A DNA stretch of 18,551 nt from NCBI GenBank assembly GCA_018985225.1, contig JADGIF010000127.1, forward strand, positions 1 to 18,551, in the 5' to 3' direction. Position 1 is the stretch's first letter; every line of letters begins with the position of its first letter. Below, one piece after another: positions 8,643 to 18,537 of this stretch. The translations under genes were made by a program, and so were the position numbers. Under the pieces are notes generated by a model, which made no database searches, was not told the origin of the DNA, and was given only the letters and a program-made list of their open reading frames with translations. Source of the DNA: Amoeboradix gromovi X-113 (lineage: Eukaryota > Fungi > Sanchytriomycota).

Positions 8643-9419
8643 ATGACAAGGACCCTCCGAAATATTTTTAGCAAATTGAAAGAAAAATCAGAGAAGTTGA
8701 AGGAAGCAGCTGATGCTATGAGAGAGACAATCGGGGATGTCAGTGAAGTAGATATCTCACCAGCTAGTAGCCTCAAGCATAAATGGTTCACTGAACGTCC
8801 ACCGGTCATCTATTCTAGTCCTAAGCCAAAACTAGGACGAAGGTACACATTCAAAACCACTGTGCTTGACTATAGTGTCCTTAAGCTTGCTGAAATAGGG
8901 CGGCAATTAAAAGGACTTTCTCTAGAAGCTGCATTCGATCAAATGGTACTGAGTAGTAAAAAGCCGAGTAATGCAATATGCAATGCCCTAATTCGCTCTG
9001 TAAGAGAAATAAAAGCTGATGTTCTTTCAAAGAATGCCGAGGGCAAGGAGCCCAGACCATGTTCAGCAGAATTTAAAAAATATTTTGAACTAAAGAAACC
9101 TCTGCATCTTATGACTCAGAAGCAGAAAAAGATGTTGAGATCTGTAAAAAACAAGAGCATGCCACCGTCAGGACTTTTTATAGAAAATATATCGTGTGGA
9201 AAGCGAAGTCATTATAAAGGCGTACGGCACCATGGTCGAGGAAGGATGGCAATTTTCATGAAGCCATTTTCAGAAATGCGTATAACATTGGTTGAAGCTA
9301 ACTTCATGTACGTTAATAGAGGAAATGTATCTCATCCCTCAAAGTCACCGCGCCACCCTAAAAGAGTTGCACCTTCTAGAATATATATTGGTGGCTTAAT
9401 TGAAAAAAATAAAACATAA
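8643..9419 (+). CDS. MRPL22: Mitochondrial ribosomal protein uL22m
   Basis: SVLKLAEIGRQLKGLSLEAAFDQM..SSKK and LFIENISCGK...HGRGRM..MKPFSEMRITLVE match uL22. The first ATG at 8643 (AAAATG) gives a basic, presequence-like MTRTLRNIFSKL. The track start at 8595 is a GTG. Confidence 0.88.
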   Translation: MTRTLRNIFSKLKEKSEKLKEAADAMRETIGDVSEVDISPASSLKHKWFTERPPVIYSSPKPKLGRRYTFKTTVLDYSVLKLAEIGRQLKGLSLEAAFDQMVLSSKKPSNAICNALIRSVREIKADVLSKNAEGKEPRPCSAEFKKYFELKKPLHLMTQKQKKMLRSVKNKSMPPSGLFIENISCGKRSHYKGVRHHGRGRMAIFMKPFSEMRITLVEANFMYVNRGNVSHPSKSPRHPKRVAPSRIYIGGLIEKNKT

Positions 9420-10748
9420 TATTATTGTTCGCAATTAATTACCTTTTTTTAAACTAAGACAAATGTGCTAGGTACACTATAGTATAAAACTGTTGCTCAT
9501 TACATCATTTTTGTATCCACTCTTAGGACACACCGCTTTGTGAATACGGCTAAGATACTAAATCGAGAACTCCAAAATTATTCGCAATACTTAATTATGA
9601 GGCAAAGTCTATTGGCACATGATTTCTTAGATACTTTAATCAAACCTTGTCATATCATCCTAGCTCTGCCTAATGGCCCTTCAAATCATGGATCTTCATA
9701 TTTTGTAATGCTGTAAGGGAAAAAAGTAACGCTACGCACTCCTTGTTTCCTGGGATAGTACTGAAGGCCAACCCTAAATTATCGTTGACACCAGAAACCC
9801 GGGCTAAAGTTATAAATTAAATCAGCAAAATTGTTTCGGCGTTTCGTCTACCAAAAGACGACAACCTGCTACTGAGTTGCTATGTAAACACTAAAAATAT
9901 ATGAGGATCTTCATACAAACATCCAGAAATCACTTGAAATTCATTATTCGCACGTTTTTTGATTAGCTAAATATAGTATATCATCTAAAGGGACAACACC
10001 CATTACTATACATCACCACCAACTTCTTAAATCATTAATCAAGTTAAGGCCGTCTTCCAAGAAAGAGATCAGCATCAGCATATGCTAGACTTTCAGCAAA
10101 ACAAAGCCGGTCTGCGCACTTTATCTGCGTATAAAGCGTTGCATACTTGTACCCGTTATCTCGATATCAATGTATGTTTAAGACACCCGAACCTCTTTCA
10201 GACATTTGGCATTAAACAGAAATCATTTAGAGTAAAGAATACATTGGCACAGATTTTGTGAAAATGTCGAGCAACAATCTCTCTATATATTGCCTGAAAG
10301 TTGTATTATCTGATTTGATTATTGGGATCCATATATGGCATGGGAGAATTGAAGAAAGGAACTTTCTGAAATTCCCAAGTTGAACAGAGAGAAACGATTT
10401 GATTTACAAGAGATAACTCTGGTATAGATGTTGGCTATGAGTGTTAGGTACAATGTTAGAGACAGAAAGAAAGCAGGAAATGGGAAAGCGAAAGCACACG
10501 ATAAGATATTGACTTTCTATGGCAAAGCCAACCATAACATTAGGGGCCTTGGCTCTGTGGGAAGGCGTGGTACAACAATCTTCTGGTCAAAAGGTCTATT
10601 GGCCAGCGGTGTTAGATCTGATTTTAAAGAAGAGTAATTGGTGGTAAAGAGCATCAGCCCAAAGCATAGGTGACGATGAGAGACGATTCTAATTGACTTT
10701 CACTTTTTTGAAACTTTTGTTTAAAAAGTTTGTTTAATTTTGTAGAGT

Positions 10749-12275
10749 ATGTCCCAAATGGAAGAGAAGTTGGCTAGAGCCGCAGAATTTATAAAGAAAC
10801 TAACGGGTGAAAACCAGCTACTTTCTTCGCAGCTGCAGTCCACCAAGAGCGATTTAGAAAATACTACAGCCGTGTTAAATAAAATAAAAGATAAGACTCG
10901 CGAGTTGCTAGTTCAACATAAGACAGAACTGGCTGATAAGAAAGCAGAAATAGATCAGCTAAACGTAGAATTATCAAAGTTAGGCGTACAAGCATCCAAT
11001 ATTGACACTCGGTCTTATAAAGTTGAGATAGAGAATCTGAAAGTCGAATTGTCTTCAAAAAACTCTGAAATAGAGCAGCTGAAGTCGCGTGCTCAAAAAG
11101 AATTACCAGATATAGTACCGGAAGCACCTGTAAATGACTCTGACCCTTTGAACCAGGAAATTGAACTCCTTAAATCAAGTATAGAATCCAAAAACACTGA
11201 AATAGAGCAACTAAAATCATATAGTCGGGAACTGCAGATGAAGGCATCGGAAAAGCAAAGCGCAGGCTACAAAGAGTTAGAAGTGGAAATTACGCAATTA
11301 AAATCAGCTTTAGTATCAAAAGGCTCTGAAATCGAAGAGCTTAAGTTAAATATTCAAGAAGCGTTGCCAGATATTTCCAAAGTAGATGTCAAACCACTAA
11401 AAGATGAAGTAGACCATCTGAAGGTTCTACTGAATCAAAGGACAGAAGAAATTATCCAATTGAAACATGTCCTATCAAATAAACAGAATGAATTCTCTGA
11501 TGCAATCAGCTCTTTGAAGTCTAATCATTTGTCCGAACTGAAAACACTGCAAGCTGAACTATCTCAAAGACAGACTGCCAATCAGGAATTACAACATTTG
11601 CTCAAGCAAATGGAAATAAAATCTACCCAGAGAATTAGCAACCTGCAATCTGAAAATAAGGAATTAATGCTTAAAATCCAAAACAATTCGGATGTAAACA
11701 TTCAATACAAGGGCGAGATTGAACTTTTGAAAGCGGACTTGACAAAAATAAATGACTATAAATCCAGATTATCTTTGCTAGAAACTCAGTTGAACGAGTT
11801 AAAATTGGACAAAAACTTGAAAAATGACACAAACGACAATGAGATGAACAATTCATTAAAATTTACAATTAACAACCTGCTAATGGAGAATGAGCAGCTA
11901 ACGAATCAGTTGAAGCTTTTGAATACTCAGCAAATTGATCTTCAAAGCAAATTAAACTTGAAAACTACTGAATATGAGCAAACACAACAACAAATGAAAG
12001 ATTTGACTAATAAATATTCCATACTGCTTGAAAACCCTATAAACCCTAAGGAAATCAAGGATTTAAAGGACAAAATTAACAAATACGAAATAGATCTTGC
12101 CAACATGATTGACAAGAATCTTGCAAGCGATATGATACTTAAATATATTAAAAGCGATAAGAAGCAAGATATTATTATGATAATGAAGGAGATATTTCAT
12201 TGGAGCGATTCAGAGATGCCGATCAGCATGACAGCGGAATGGGTCAAGTGGCTAAGTCAAGAAGAAAAAGAATAA
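10749..12275 (+). CDS. RUD3: Coiled-coil golgin with C-terminal GRAB domain (Rud3/GMAP-210-like)
   Basis: Long heptad-rich body. C-terminal IDKNLASDMILKYI...IIMIMKEIFHWSDSE resembles GRAB and SMTAEWVKWLSQE resembles the GA1 motif. Confidence 0.72.
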   Translation: MSQMEEKLARAAEFIKKLTGENQLLSSQLQSTKSDLENTTAVLNKIKDKTRELLVQHKTELADKKAEIDQLNVELSKLGVQASNIDTRSYKVEIENLKVELSSKNSEIEQLKSRAQKELPDIVPEAPVNDSDPLNQEIELLKSSIESKNTEIEQLKSYSRELQMKASEKQSAGYKELEVEITQLKSALVSKGSEIEELKLNIQEALPDISKVDVKPLKDEVDHLKVLLNQRTEEIIQLKHVLSNKQNEFSDAISSLKSNHLSELKTLQAELSQRQTANQELQHLLKQMEIKSTQRISNLQSENKELMLKIQNNSDVNIQYKGEIELLKADLTKINDYKSRLSLLETQLNELKLDKNLKNDTNDNEMNNSLKFTINNLLMENEQLTNQLKLLNTQQIDLQSKLNLKTTEYEQTQQQMKDLTNKYSILLENPINPKEIKDLKDKINKYEIDLANMIDKNLASDMILKYIKSDKKQDIIMIMKEIFHWSDSEMPISMTAEWVKWLSQEEKE

Positions 12276-12286
12276 ATTAGATTTTA

Positions 12287-12685
12287 CTACGCACATCCCT
12301 GGCATCCACAATGTACACACTTTAAAGGCTTATCCAATTGACCTTTAGGTACTCTACATATGCATACAGTTTCGAAATCAGTACGCTGAATGCACATCAA
12401 GCAACAAAGATTGGAATACCCAGATTGTTTCCATTTTGATAAAAGCTGATTATCACACTGACTAGTCTTAATTAAGTACTTCAATAAATCTTTCGATATT
12501 AGACCATTTTGAAGCAAATCGAATATAAAACGAGTACGGGAAAAATTGATTTTATGAATTTGCCATAAAGATTCATTTTTGCGCTTGCCCTGATGGGATG
12601 TAGCATTGGCTATTTTTAGTTCGTTTTTGAACTCGGTTAAACGCGGTTCTAGATTTTCATATCCAACGGGTGGTTTATGTGCCAT
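12287..12685 (-). CDS. BUD31: Pre-mRNA splicing factor Bud31 (G10 family)
   Basis: GKRKNESLWQI, KWKQSGYSNLCCLMCIQ, CICRVPK, CVHCGCQGCA. Confidence 0.97.
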   Translation of the reverse strand: MAHKPPVGYENLEPRLTEFKNELKIANATSHQGKRKNESLWQIHKINFSRTRFIFDLLQNGLISKDLLKYLIKTSQCDNQLLSKWKQSGYSNLCCLMCIQRTDFETVCICRVPKGQLDKPLKCVHCGCQGCA

Positions 12686-12813
12686 GAAAAGGATGTGTCA
12701 AACGGGATTAAAAAATAAAAAATGAAAGGAAAGTTTTAGCATAATATAATTCACGAGAATCTGTCTTATACTGGCTTTGAAAGCTGTGTAAGACCATCAA
12801 TGAAACAATACAA

Positions 12814-12862
12814 CACGTGAATTTGGAATCTATAATTTCTCGGTAAAACGAAAAACACGTGA
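12814..12862. promoter_or_regulatory. Pair of E-boxes (CACGTGA = TCACGTG) in the BUD31/bHLH divergent promoter
   Basis: CACGTG at 12814-12819 and 12856-12861, both in the context AACACGTGAA; near-site TCACGAG at 12751. Confidence 0.65.
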
Positions 12863-12987
12863 AGGAGTTTTTCATTGTTCTTTCTATGTTATTTCAGATA
12901 CTACGTTTATGTATAGACTGCATGCAGATTTAAGTAATTAAAACATTTTAGTATGATGGATCTGAATGGAGTAACACGGATAAAGCA

Positions 12988-13401
12988 ATGCAACCGGCAA
13001 CAATCTCTGTGGCAAATCCAGCAGTTTTGAAAGAGTCTCATGCAGAAACTGAGCGACGAAGACGATCTCAGTTGAACTCTAGTATCGAAGAACTTAAAAA
13101 AGCTACCAACAGTACCGAAAAGAATAAGGTTGCCGTAATTAATGCTTCAATTCGTTATATCATCAGTTTGCAATCTACTACACAATCCTGCAGTTACCAA
13201 GTGATGCTTTTGGATCAGCATATACAGCATCTTTATGATACTATACAGGAGCTCGAGGAAATGAATATGGATTTATATAATTATTGTAAAAAGAATAATC
13301 TTGACCCTCATGTTCTTGATAAAGAATGCGCTAGAGCCAAAGGATACGACCTGATGGAATGTGCTCGTAGTAGAATGTACACGGGTAAAAAGGAAGAATA
13401 A
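12988..13401 (+). CDS. Minimal bHLH-zipper transcription factor, Cbf1/USF-like
   Basis: KESHAETERRRRSQLNSSIEELK...EKNKVAVINASIRYIISLQ with H-E-R basic-region residues (CACGTG-binding class), followed by a leucine-rich heptad stretch. Confidence 0.88.
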   Translation: MQPATISVANPAVLKESHAETERRRRSQLNSSIEELKKATNSTEKNKVAVINASIRYIISLQSTTQSCSYQVMLLDQHIQHLYDTIQELEEMNMDLYNYCKKNNLDPHVLDKECARAKGYDLMECARSRMYTGKKEE

Positions 13402-13457
13402 ACAATTTATGGTTTTACTTAGTCTAAAAATATTAACAAAGCAAGTTATTTATTAGC

Positions 13458-13889
13458 TTAACGATAAGATTTTTGATAACGTGATCTAGCACCTGGACCT
13501 CCAAATTTCTTAGGTTCACATCTTCTAGGATCAGTAACTAATAAGCTACGATCGTAATTGAGCAAGATTCTCTTGAGCTCATTCTTGGAAGCCTCATCTA
13601 CATGCTTTTGATAGTATGCGATAATACTCTTTGCAATGGCTTGACGAATAGCATAGATTTGGGATGTATGTCCACCTCCGTTAACTCTAACTTTAATATC
13701 AAGACCACTGACAGTCTTACTGCCTAATAAAAGAATAGGTTCGTATAATTTGTATCTTAGATGAGCAGGTTCTACCAAATCTAAAGGTTTTCCGTTTACT
13801 CGAATAGTACCTTGACCTGCTTTGCAATATGATACTGCTGTGGCAGTCTTCTTTTTACCAAAGCATTGAACGCCTACGGGTGCTGTCAT
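13458..13889 (-). CDS. RPS16: 40S ribosomal protein S16 (uS9)
   Basis: [51 protein letters not shown] at 13889 gives 143 aa; the track start at 13910 is a TTG. Confidence 0.98.
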   Translation of the reverse strand: MTAPVGVQCFGKKKTATAVSYCKAGQGTIRVNGKPLDLVEPAHLRYKLYEPILLLGSKTVSGLDIKVRVNGGGHTSQIYAIRQAIAKSIIAYYQKHVDEASKNELKRILLNYDRSLLVTDPRRCEPKKFGGPGARSRYQKSYR

Positions 13890-13926
13890 TGCATTTCGAT
13901 TAATGTGCAATTATGAATTCTCGAAA

Positions 13927-13992
13927 CACGTGAGAATTCAAACTTTTCGAAAGCAAATCACCTAAAAAGGAGTCAAAGTCTTTTTTCACGTG
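13927..13992. promoter_or_regulatory. Pair of TCACGTG boxes in the 146-bp RPS16/RPL13 bidirectional promoter
   Basis: CACGTGA at 13927-13933 and TCACGTG at 13986-13992, oppositely oriented, about 37 and 43 bp from the two ATGs. Confidence 0.7.
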
Positions 13993-14035
13993 CATATTCG
14001 TTCTGCTAATTAGAATTAAAAAAAACTAATAAAAC

Positions 14036-14653
14036 ATGGCACCTACAGCCAACGGACAATTACCAAATGTGCACTTGCGTAAACAATGGAAGAAGAACGT
14101 AAAGACCTGGTTCGATCAACCGGGACAAAAGAAATCTCGAAGAATCAAAAGAGCTAAAAAACAATTGAAAGCTGCACCTAGACCACTCGAAAAATTAAGA
14201 CCAGTAGTTAGATGTCCTACAGTCAGATATAATCGCAAAGTTAGATTAGGTAGAGGCTTTAGTTTAGAAGAATTAAAATTAGCCAAATTGTCACCACGCT
14301 ATGCTCAAACTATTGGTGTCGCGATTGATTGGCGACGAAAAAACAAGAGCGAGGAAGGATTGAAGAAAAATGCTGAAAGACTACAGGCATATTTGGCAAA
14401 CTTAGTCGTCTACCCATTAAAGAAACAGGGTAAAATTGAAAATGTTAGCGTCACCAAGGGTGTAATTTTACCAATCGCTCAAGATAATGTTGCTATTACT
14501 TCTGGAAAAATCACAGATGATTTGAAAAAGGTAGAAGCTTATAAGACCTTAAGATCCGCTTTCGTGGAGAAGAGAATGAAAGGAATTAGAGAAAAACAAG
14601 CTAAACAGAAAGCTGAAGAAGAAGCTAACCAGAAACAAACAAAGAAAAAGTAA
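14036..14653 (+). CDS. RPL13: 60S ribosomal protein L13 (eL13)
   Basis: VKTWFDQPGQK, LRPVVRCPTVRYNRKVRLGRGFSLEELK, TIGVAIDWRRKNKS. Confidence 0.98.
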   Translation: MAPTANGQLPNVHLRKQWKKNVKTWFDQPGQKKSRRIKRAKKQLKAAPRPLEKLRPVVRCPTVRYNRKVRLGRGFSLEELKLAKLSPRYAQTIGVAIDWRRKNKSEEGLKKNAERLQAYLANLVVYPLKKQGKIENVSVTKGVILPIAQDNVAITSGKITDDLKKVEAYKTLRSAFVEKRMKGIREKQAKQKAEEEANQKQTKKK

Positions 14654-15430
14654 ATTGATTTATCCAATTCATTCTAAATTTGGTTAGCGTCTGCACTTTG
14701 TTCTTTAAATTTGCATTTGTGAGTTGTACTTAAATAAAATGAATAGCACCGATATGAATCGGACGCGATCTATGGGTCTCTGATAGAGTTAATTAAGTCT
14801 GTTTTTTAAATCGTTATCACTGTGACAATAATAACTGTAAACTATCATGCTTAAATAGCCATCGTTCTTGTCTCTTTTGCATGTTTTCTATCTTTGGATG
14901 CGGAAAAGATTGATATGATCATTATTAATGGCATAGAAACAGGAAAGATTAGTGTTCCTATCTTGCGCTTCAATTTCAAGAAGTGAAATAAGGTGGAAAA
15001 TAAGAGATAAAGTAATTTATTGAGATCATGTTCAAAGAATCATCTCCACAGACATCCAGAAGTGCCCAATACAAGGCTTATTTAAAAACTTCTGAAAGTG
15101 CCGCAGAGCCATAAAAGTACCAGAATTTCAGAACAAGCGAGTTTTGCTGTCTTTGCTATAGGGTAATCGTAGAGCATAGGGGTTATATCTCGCATTTATC
15201 AAACACTTCAGTCTTGTCAGCACTTTACTATAATACCTGGTATGTGGATAACACTTCTATTGGATGGAAAACGTCTGTGCGTAGATATTTCGCTTTGAAT
15301 GAAAGGCCAAATTGGCAGGGTGGAGCCTGAAGGGGCTGCTGTAGCGGGACAGTCTCGCAAGGAGTTCTCCTGTTCATACTAGGGAGATTTTTCCAAATTC
15401 TGTCCCATATCCCTCTCACAATCATCTGAC

Positions 15431-16630
15431 ATGACTGAACAGGTAGTTGACCCATGGGATGTTAAAGGCGCTAAAGTGGACGGGGTAAGTCAAGCTATAG
15501 ACTACAATAAGTTAATAGAGCAATTCGGCACTACTCCAATAACCAAGGACTTGTTGGTAAAATTGGAAGCAAAGGTAGGTAAGTTACACCATTTGATTCG
15601 TAGGGAAGTCTTCTTTAGTCATCGTGACTTGGAAAAAATTATAGATAAACCCTTTTATCTCTATACTGGACGTGGTCCAAGTAGCGGAAGCATGCATATC
15701 GGCCACTTGGTTCCGTTTATTATGTGCCAATGGCTTCAAAAAGTGTTTGATATTCCAATTGTAATTCAGTTGACTGACGACGAAAAGTTTTACTTTAAAG
15801 ATTTGACTCTGGAGCAAACCACCAAATTTGCATACGAGAACATTAAAGACATCATAGCTTGTGGATTTGATCTTTCCAAAACTTTTATTTTCATAAACTC
15901 AGAATACATGAATCCTCCATTCTATAAGAATATCGTCCGGATTAATAGATTAATAACTACAAGTCAAAGTAAGGGTTGTTTTGGGTTCAGTGATTCTGAT
16001 TCAATCGGTAAATTGTCTTTTGTATCTGTACAAGCCGCCCCTGCATTTAGTTCATCTTTTCCCCACATATTTGGTGATAAAAACTATCATTGTTTGATTC
16101 CATGCGCCATTGACCAAGATCCATATTTTAGACTAACTAGAGATGTAGCTAATCGTTTGAAAGCACCTAAACCAGTGTTGTTGTTGGCCAAGTTTTTTCC
16201 CGCGTTGCAGGGCCCTTTTAGTAAAATGAGCAGTAGCGATGAGAACAGTGCTATATTCTTGACAGATAATGCAAATCAGATTAAAAAAAAGATAAACAAA
16301 CATGCATTTTCCGGTGGTAGAGAGACATTGGAAGAACATCGTAAATTTGGAGGCGATCCTGATGTAGACACAAGTTACCAGTATTTAACCTTCTTTTTGG
16401 AGGATGATGAGGAATTGCTGGGAATCAAACAATCCTACATGAGCGGGGAGCTCTTGACGGGAGAATTAAAGAAAAAATGCATTAGTGTCCTGCAAAAAGT
16501 CGTCGGTGATTTTCAAACAAAGAGAAGCAGCATTTTAGAATCAACAGTGCATGAATTTCTAGACTCTAACCGCATCTTTGAAATAGATGGATTTAAAAAT
16601 GCTGTAGCGGCGTCAAAGATAAAGAAATAA
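15431..16630 (+). CDS. WRS1: Cytoplasmic tryptophanyl-tRNA synthetase
   Basis: VDPWDV, FYLYTGRGPSSGSMHIGH (HIGH), IQLTDDEK, AIDQDPYFR, KMSSS (KMSKS), HAFSGG. Confidence 0.98.
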   Translation: MTEQVVDPWDVKGAKVDGVSQAIDYNKLIEQFGTTPITKDLLVKLEAKVGKLHHLIRREVFFSHRDLEKIIDKPFYLYTGRGPSSGSMHIGHLVPFIMCQWLQKVFDIPIVIQLTDDEKFYFKDLTLEQTTKFAYENIKDIIACGFDLSKTFIFINSEYMNPPFYKNIVRINRLITTSQSKGCFGFSDSDSIGKLSFVSVQAAPAFSSSFPHIFGDKNYHCLIPCAIDQDPYFRLTRDVANRLKAPKPVLLLAKFFPALQGPFSKMSSSDENSAIFLTDNANQIKKKINKHAFSGGRETLEEHRKFGGDPDVDTSYQYLTFFLEDDEELLGIKQSYMSGELLTGELKKKCISVLQKVVGDFQTKRSSILESTVHEFLDSNRIFEIDGFKNAVAASKIKK

Positions 16631-16646
16631 AATACATTTATTGCAA

Positions 16647-17336
16647 TCACTGTTTCTTCTTCTGCTTTCCGCTCCTGTACATGAATATCTGAGAGACAAG
16701 GACTAAATTTAAAATGCTAGTAACTGCAAATGTAGCTATGACAAGATAATCACCAACCTGTTTGATACTGGTAAAAACTCTAGCAGAACTGCCTAGAAGG
16801 TAAGCAAAACTAGTGACTATGCTCAGGTTTCCAGTAGACTTGAGATTATAGTTGGAAACAATTTGTGGTATTTTACTTAAAACACTCAATGGAATTTGGC
16901 CCATAGCTAAGAAGTTTAATAACTCAAAAGGTAACGAGAAGCAATAGGCATACACAAAAGCACTAAGGAGCAAAGGAATAAGTAGTCCCTGCCCTCGGTC
17001 ATGAAATACCATGAGCAGTATGATTAAGTCTTGAATAACTAAAAATACAGTTTCACCATATGCTATAAACTCTGCAATGTGTATCATTTTACCCATGAAG
17101 AGAATAGAAGCAAGTAATTCTAAATAAATTGAGCTGACGGCAAACCCTTTGGTGCCCTTGTGCAGCTGAATCATCTGAGGAACCTTGAAGATAGCACCCA
17201 AAGTCACGATTCCGTAACTTAGGCCCTTGCTGACGAATAAAGAGAAGCATCCCCATTCAAACTCAAAACCCAGAAATTTGCTGTAGCATTGGCCGCCAAG
17301 CTCTCTAATTAAGAAGTTGTTAAGAAAGTCTAACAT
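16647..17336 (-). CDS. MPDU1: Mannose-P-dolichol utilization defect 1 (PQ-loop membrane protein)
   Basis: CFSLFVSKGLSYGIV..FKVPQM, AYGE, SKIPQIVSNY..KSTGNLS, GSSARVFTS. First ATG at 17336; the track start at 17360 is a GTG. Confidence 0.92.
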   Translation of the reverse strand: MLDFLNNFLIRELGGQCYSKFLGFEFEWGCFSLFVSKGLSYGIVTLGAIFKVPQMIQLHKGTKGFAVSSIYLELLASILFMGKMIHIAEFIAYGETVFLVIQDLIILLMVFHDRGQGLLIPLLLSAFVYAYCFSLPFELLNFLAMGQIPLSVLSKIPQIVSNYNLKSTGNLSIVTSFAYLLGSSARVFTSIKQVGDYLVIATFAVTSILNLVLVSQIFMYRSGKQKKKQ

Positions 17337-17410
17337 AAGTTTCAAAAAGGTTGAGATCACAAATTAGTTGACAAGATAATAAGAGCATAGGCTTTGGCTA
17401 GACATCTAAA

Positions 17411-17452
17411 TTTGGATTAATCCCAGTCTGAGGTCGGTGGGATTAATCTAAG
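17411..17452. repeat. Inverted repeat / hairpin between MPDU1 and the hAT remnant
   Basis: GATTAATCCCA-(12 nt)-TGGGATTAATC forms a perfect 11-bp stem, 15 bp with G-T pairs, with outer TTGGCTA/TAGCCAA arms. Confidence 0.7.
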
Positions 17453-17495
17453 TATATTAATTTAGCCAAGAGAAATACTAATTTCACACTAATTT

Positions 17496-18170
17496 TTGGA
17501 GAATTTAGGTCAATCAAGGGCAAAAATCTATATTTTTAAAATTGTAATTGTAGCAGATTGTACAAATACGTTGTTACAATGTGCCATTTACTCAAAAAAT
17601 ACAATCCATAGTGCACCACTAAATAAATGTTTAAATGTGATTTTCTCTGATGGTTATTCTCTATTCAATGGGCTTAAAAGTTGCATGAAAAACAAGCTGC
17701 TGACACTTTCTGATGGACAGCAAATTGCGTTTATTGGAGAATGATCCAACGAGGAACTAGAAAGCGAATTTATTAAAATTGGGGTTCTTGAGATCCAACC
17801 ATCAGTAATCCAAAATCAAATGGATCAGCTGGTGCCTTAGCAAAAGAGTCCTACTAAGTCAAATTCTGCCGAGTTGTGTGTTAATACAATTGCATCTCTT
17901 TATTTGGAGTCATGTAGGTATTTTGGTAAAACGACACCATATCAACCTGTCATAAGTATTCTGGGGCAACTGTTGACCGCAGAACATAGCTTTATTGTGA
18001 ATCAATTGTATAGCGCCAATGGCAAGGTTGATTGTGTCTGGAATAGATATAAAGAAATCAATTGTGTAAATTTTATCAGAATTTAACTATTAGACCGACT
18101 TCTGTTAATTGTGAAAGGATCTTCTACAGAGCTAAAATTGTCATGCGACCTGAATGGTGTAAGACTTATG
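17496..18170 (+). pseudogene. hAT-family transposase remnant (boundaries approximate)
   Basis: VWNRYKE, then after a frameshift LTIRPTSVNCERIFYRAKIVMRPE (PTSVNCERIF at 18095-18124). This resembles the hAT C-terminal dimerisation motif PxTSxxxERxFS. Upstream frames are broken by stops. Confidence 0.6.
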
Positions 18171-18354
18171 CATTTTTCTTCAGAGAAACCCCTCCCAACT
18201 ACATAGAATTGGAAAAGGCAGTATTAAATACAACGAAACTACCCTGGATTCAATTTAAGAGTTAAAGTTGGCAGAGCAAGAAGGTTCGTTTGAATTGTAC
18301 AAACAGATGAGCAAATTTGGTTCAGTTTAAAACAAATCCATTTATTTTACTAAC

Positions 18355-18537
18355 GAGACATCAAATATAAAAACTGGACTAACTTTCTGTAACAACTTGG
18401 AACATTATTTCAGCTTTAATTTTATGGATTCGAGAGGCGAGTTGACATTCAGCTAGTTGCGGAGTTGACGAGTATAAAAGGAAAATAAATATTCTGTACA
18501 GCTATTCTCTTACTCTTTCATCCAATCTTTATTTCAA
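18355..18537 (+). mobile_element. Second, partial copy of the MITE-like element (inverted relative to 4401-4609)
   Basis: Near-identical to the reverse complement of 4401-4609 (e.g. TTCTGTACAGCTATTCTCTTACTCTTTCATCCAATCTTTATTTCAA exact). Begins with the TIR variant GAGACATCAAATATAAAAACTGGACTAACT. Confidence 0.88.

Noticed and set aside
15171-15180. AGAGCATAGG shared with the sequence near 17382
   Set aside because: 10-mer matches are expected by chance.
3202-16339. Short antisense or overlapping ORFs (e.g. 3202-3498, 5527-5844, 6782-7066, 8603-8809, 10864-11127, 15584-15817, 16133-16339)
   Set aside because: Shadow ORFs of well-supported genes, with no motifs.
18351-18357. TAACGAG resembling a third Fanzor right end
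   Set aside because: GAG belongs to the MITE TIR variant, and no scaffold similarity lies upstream.
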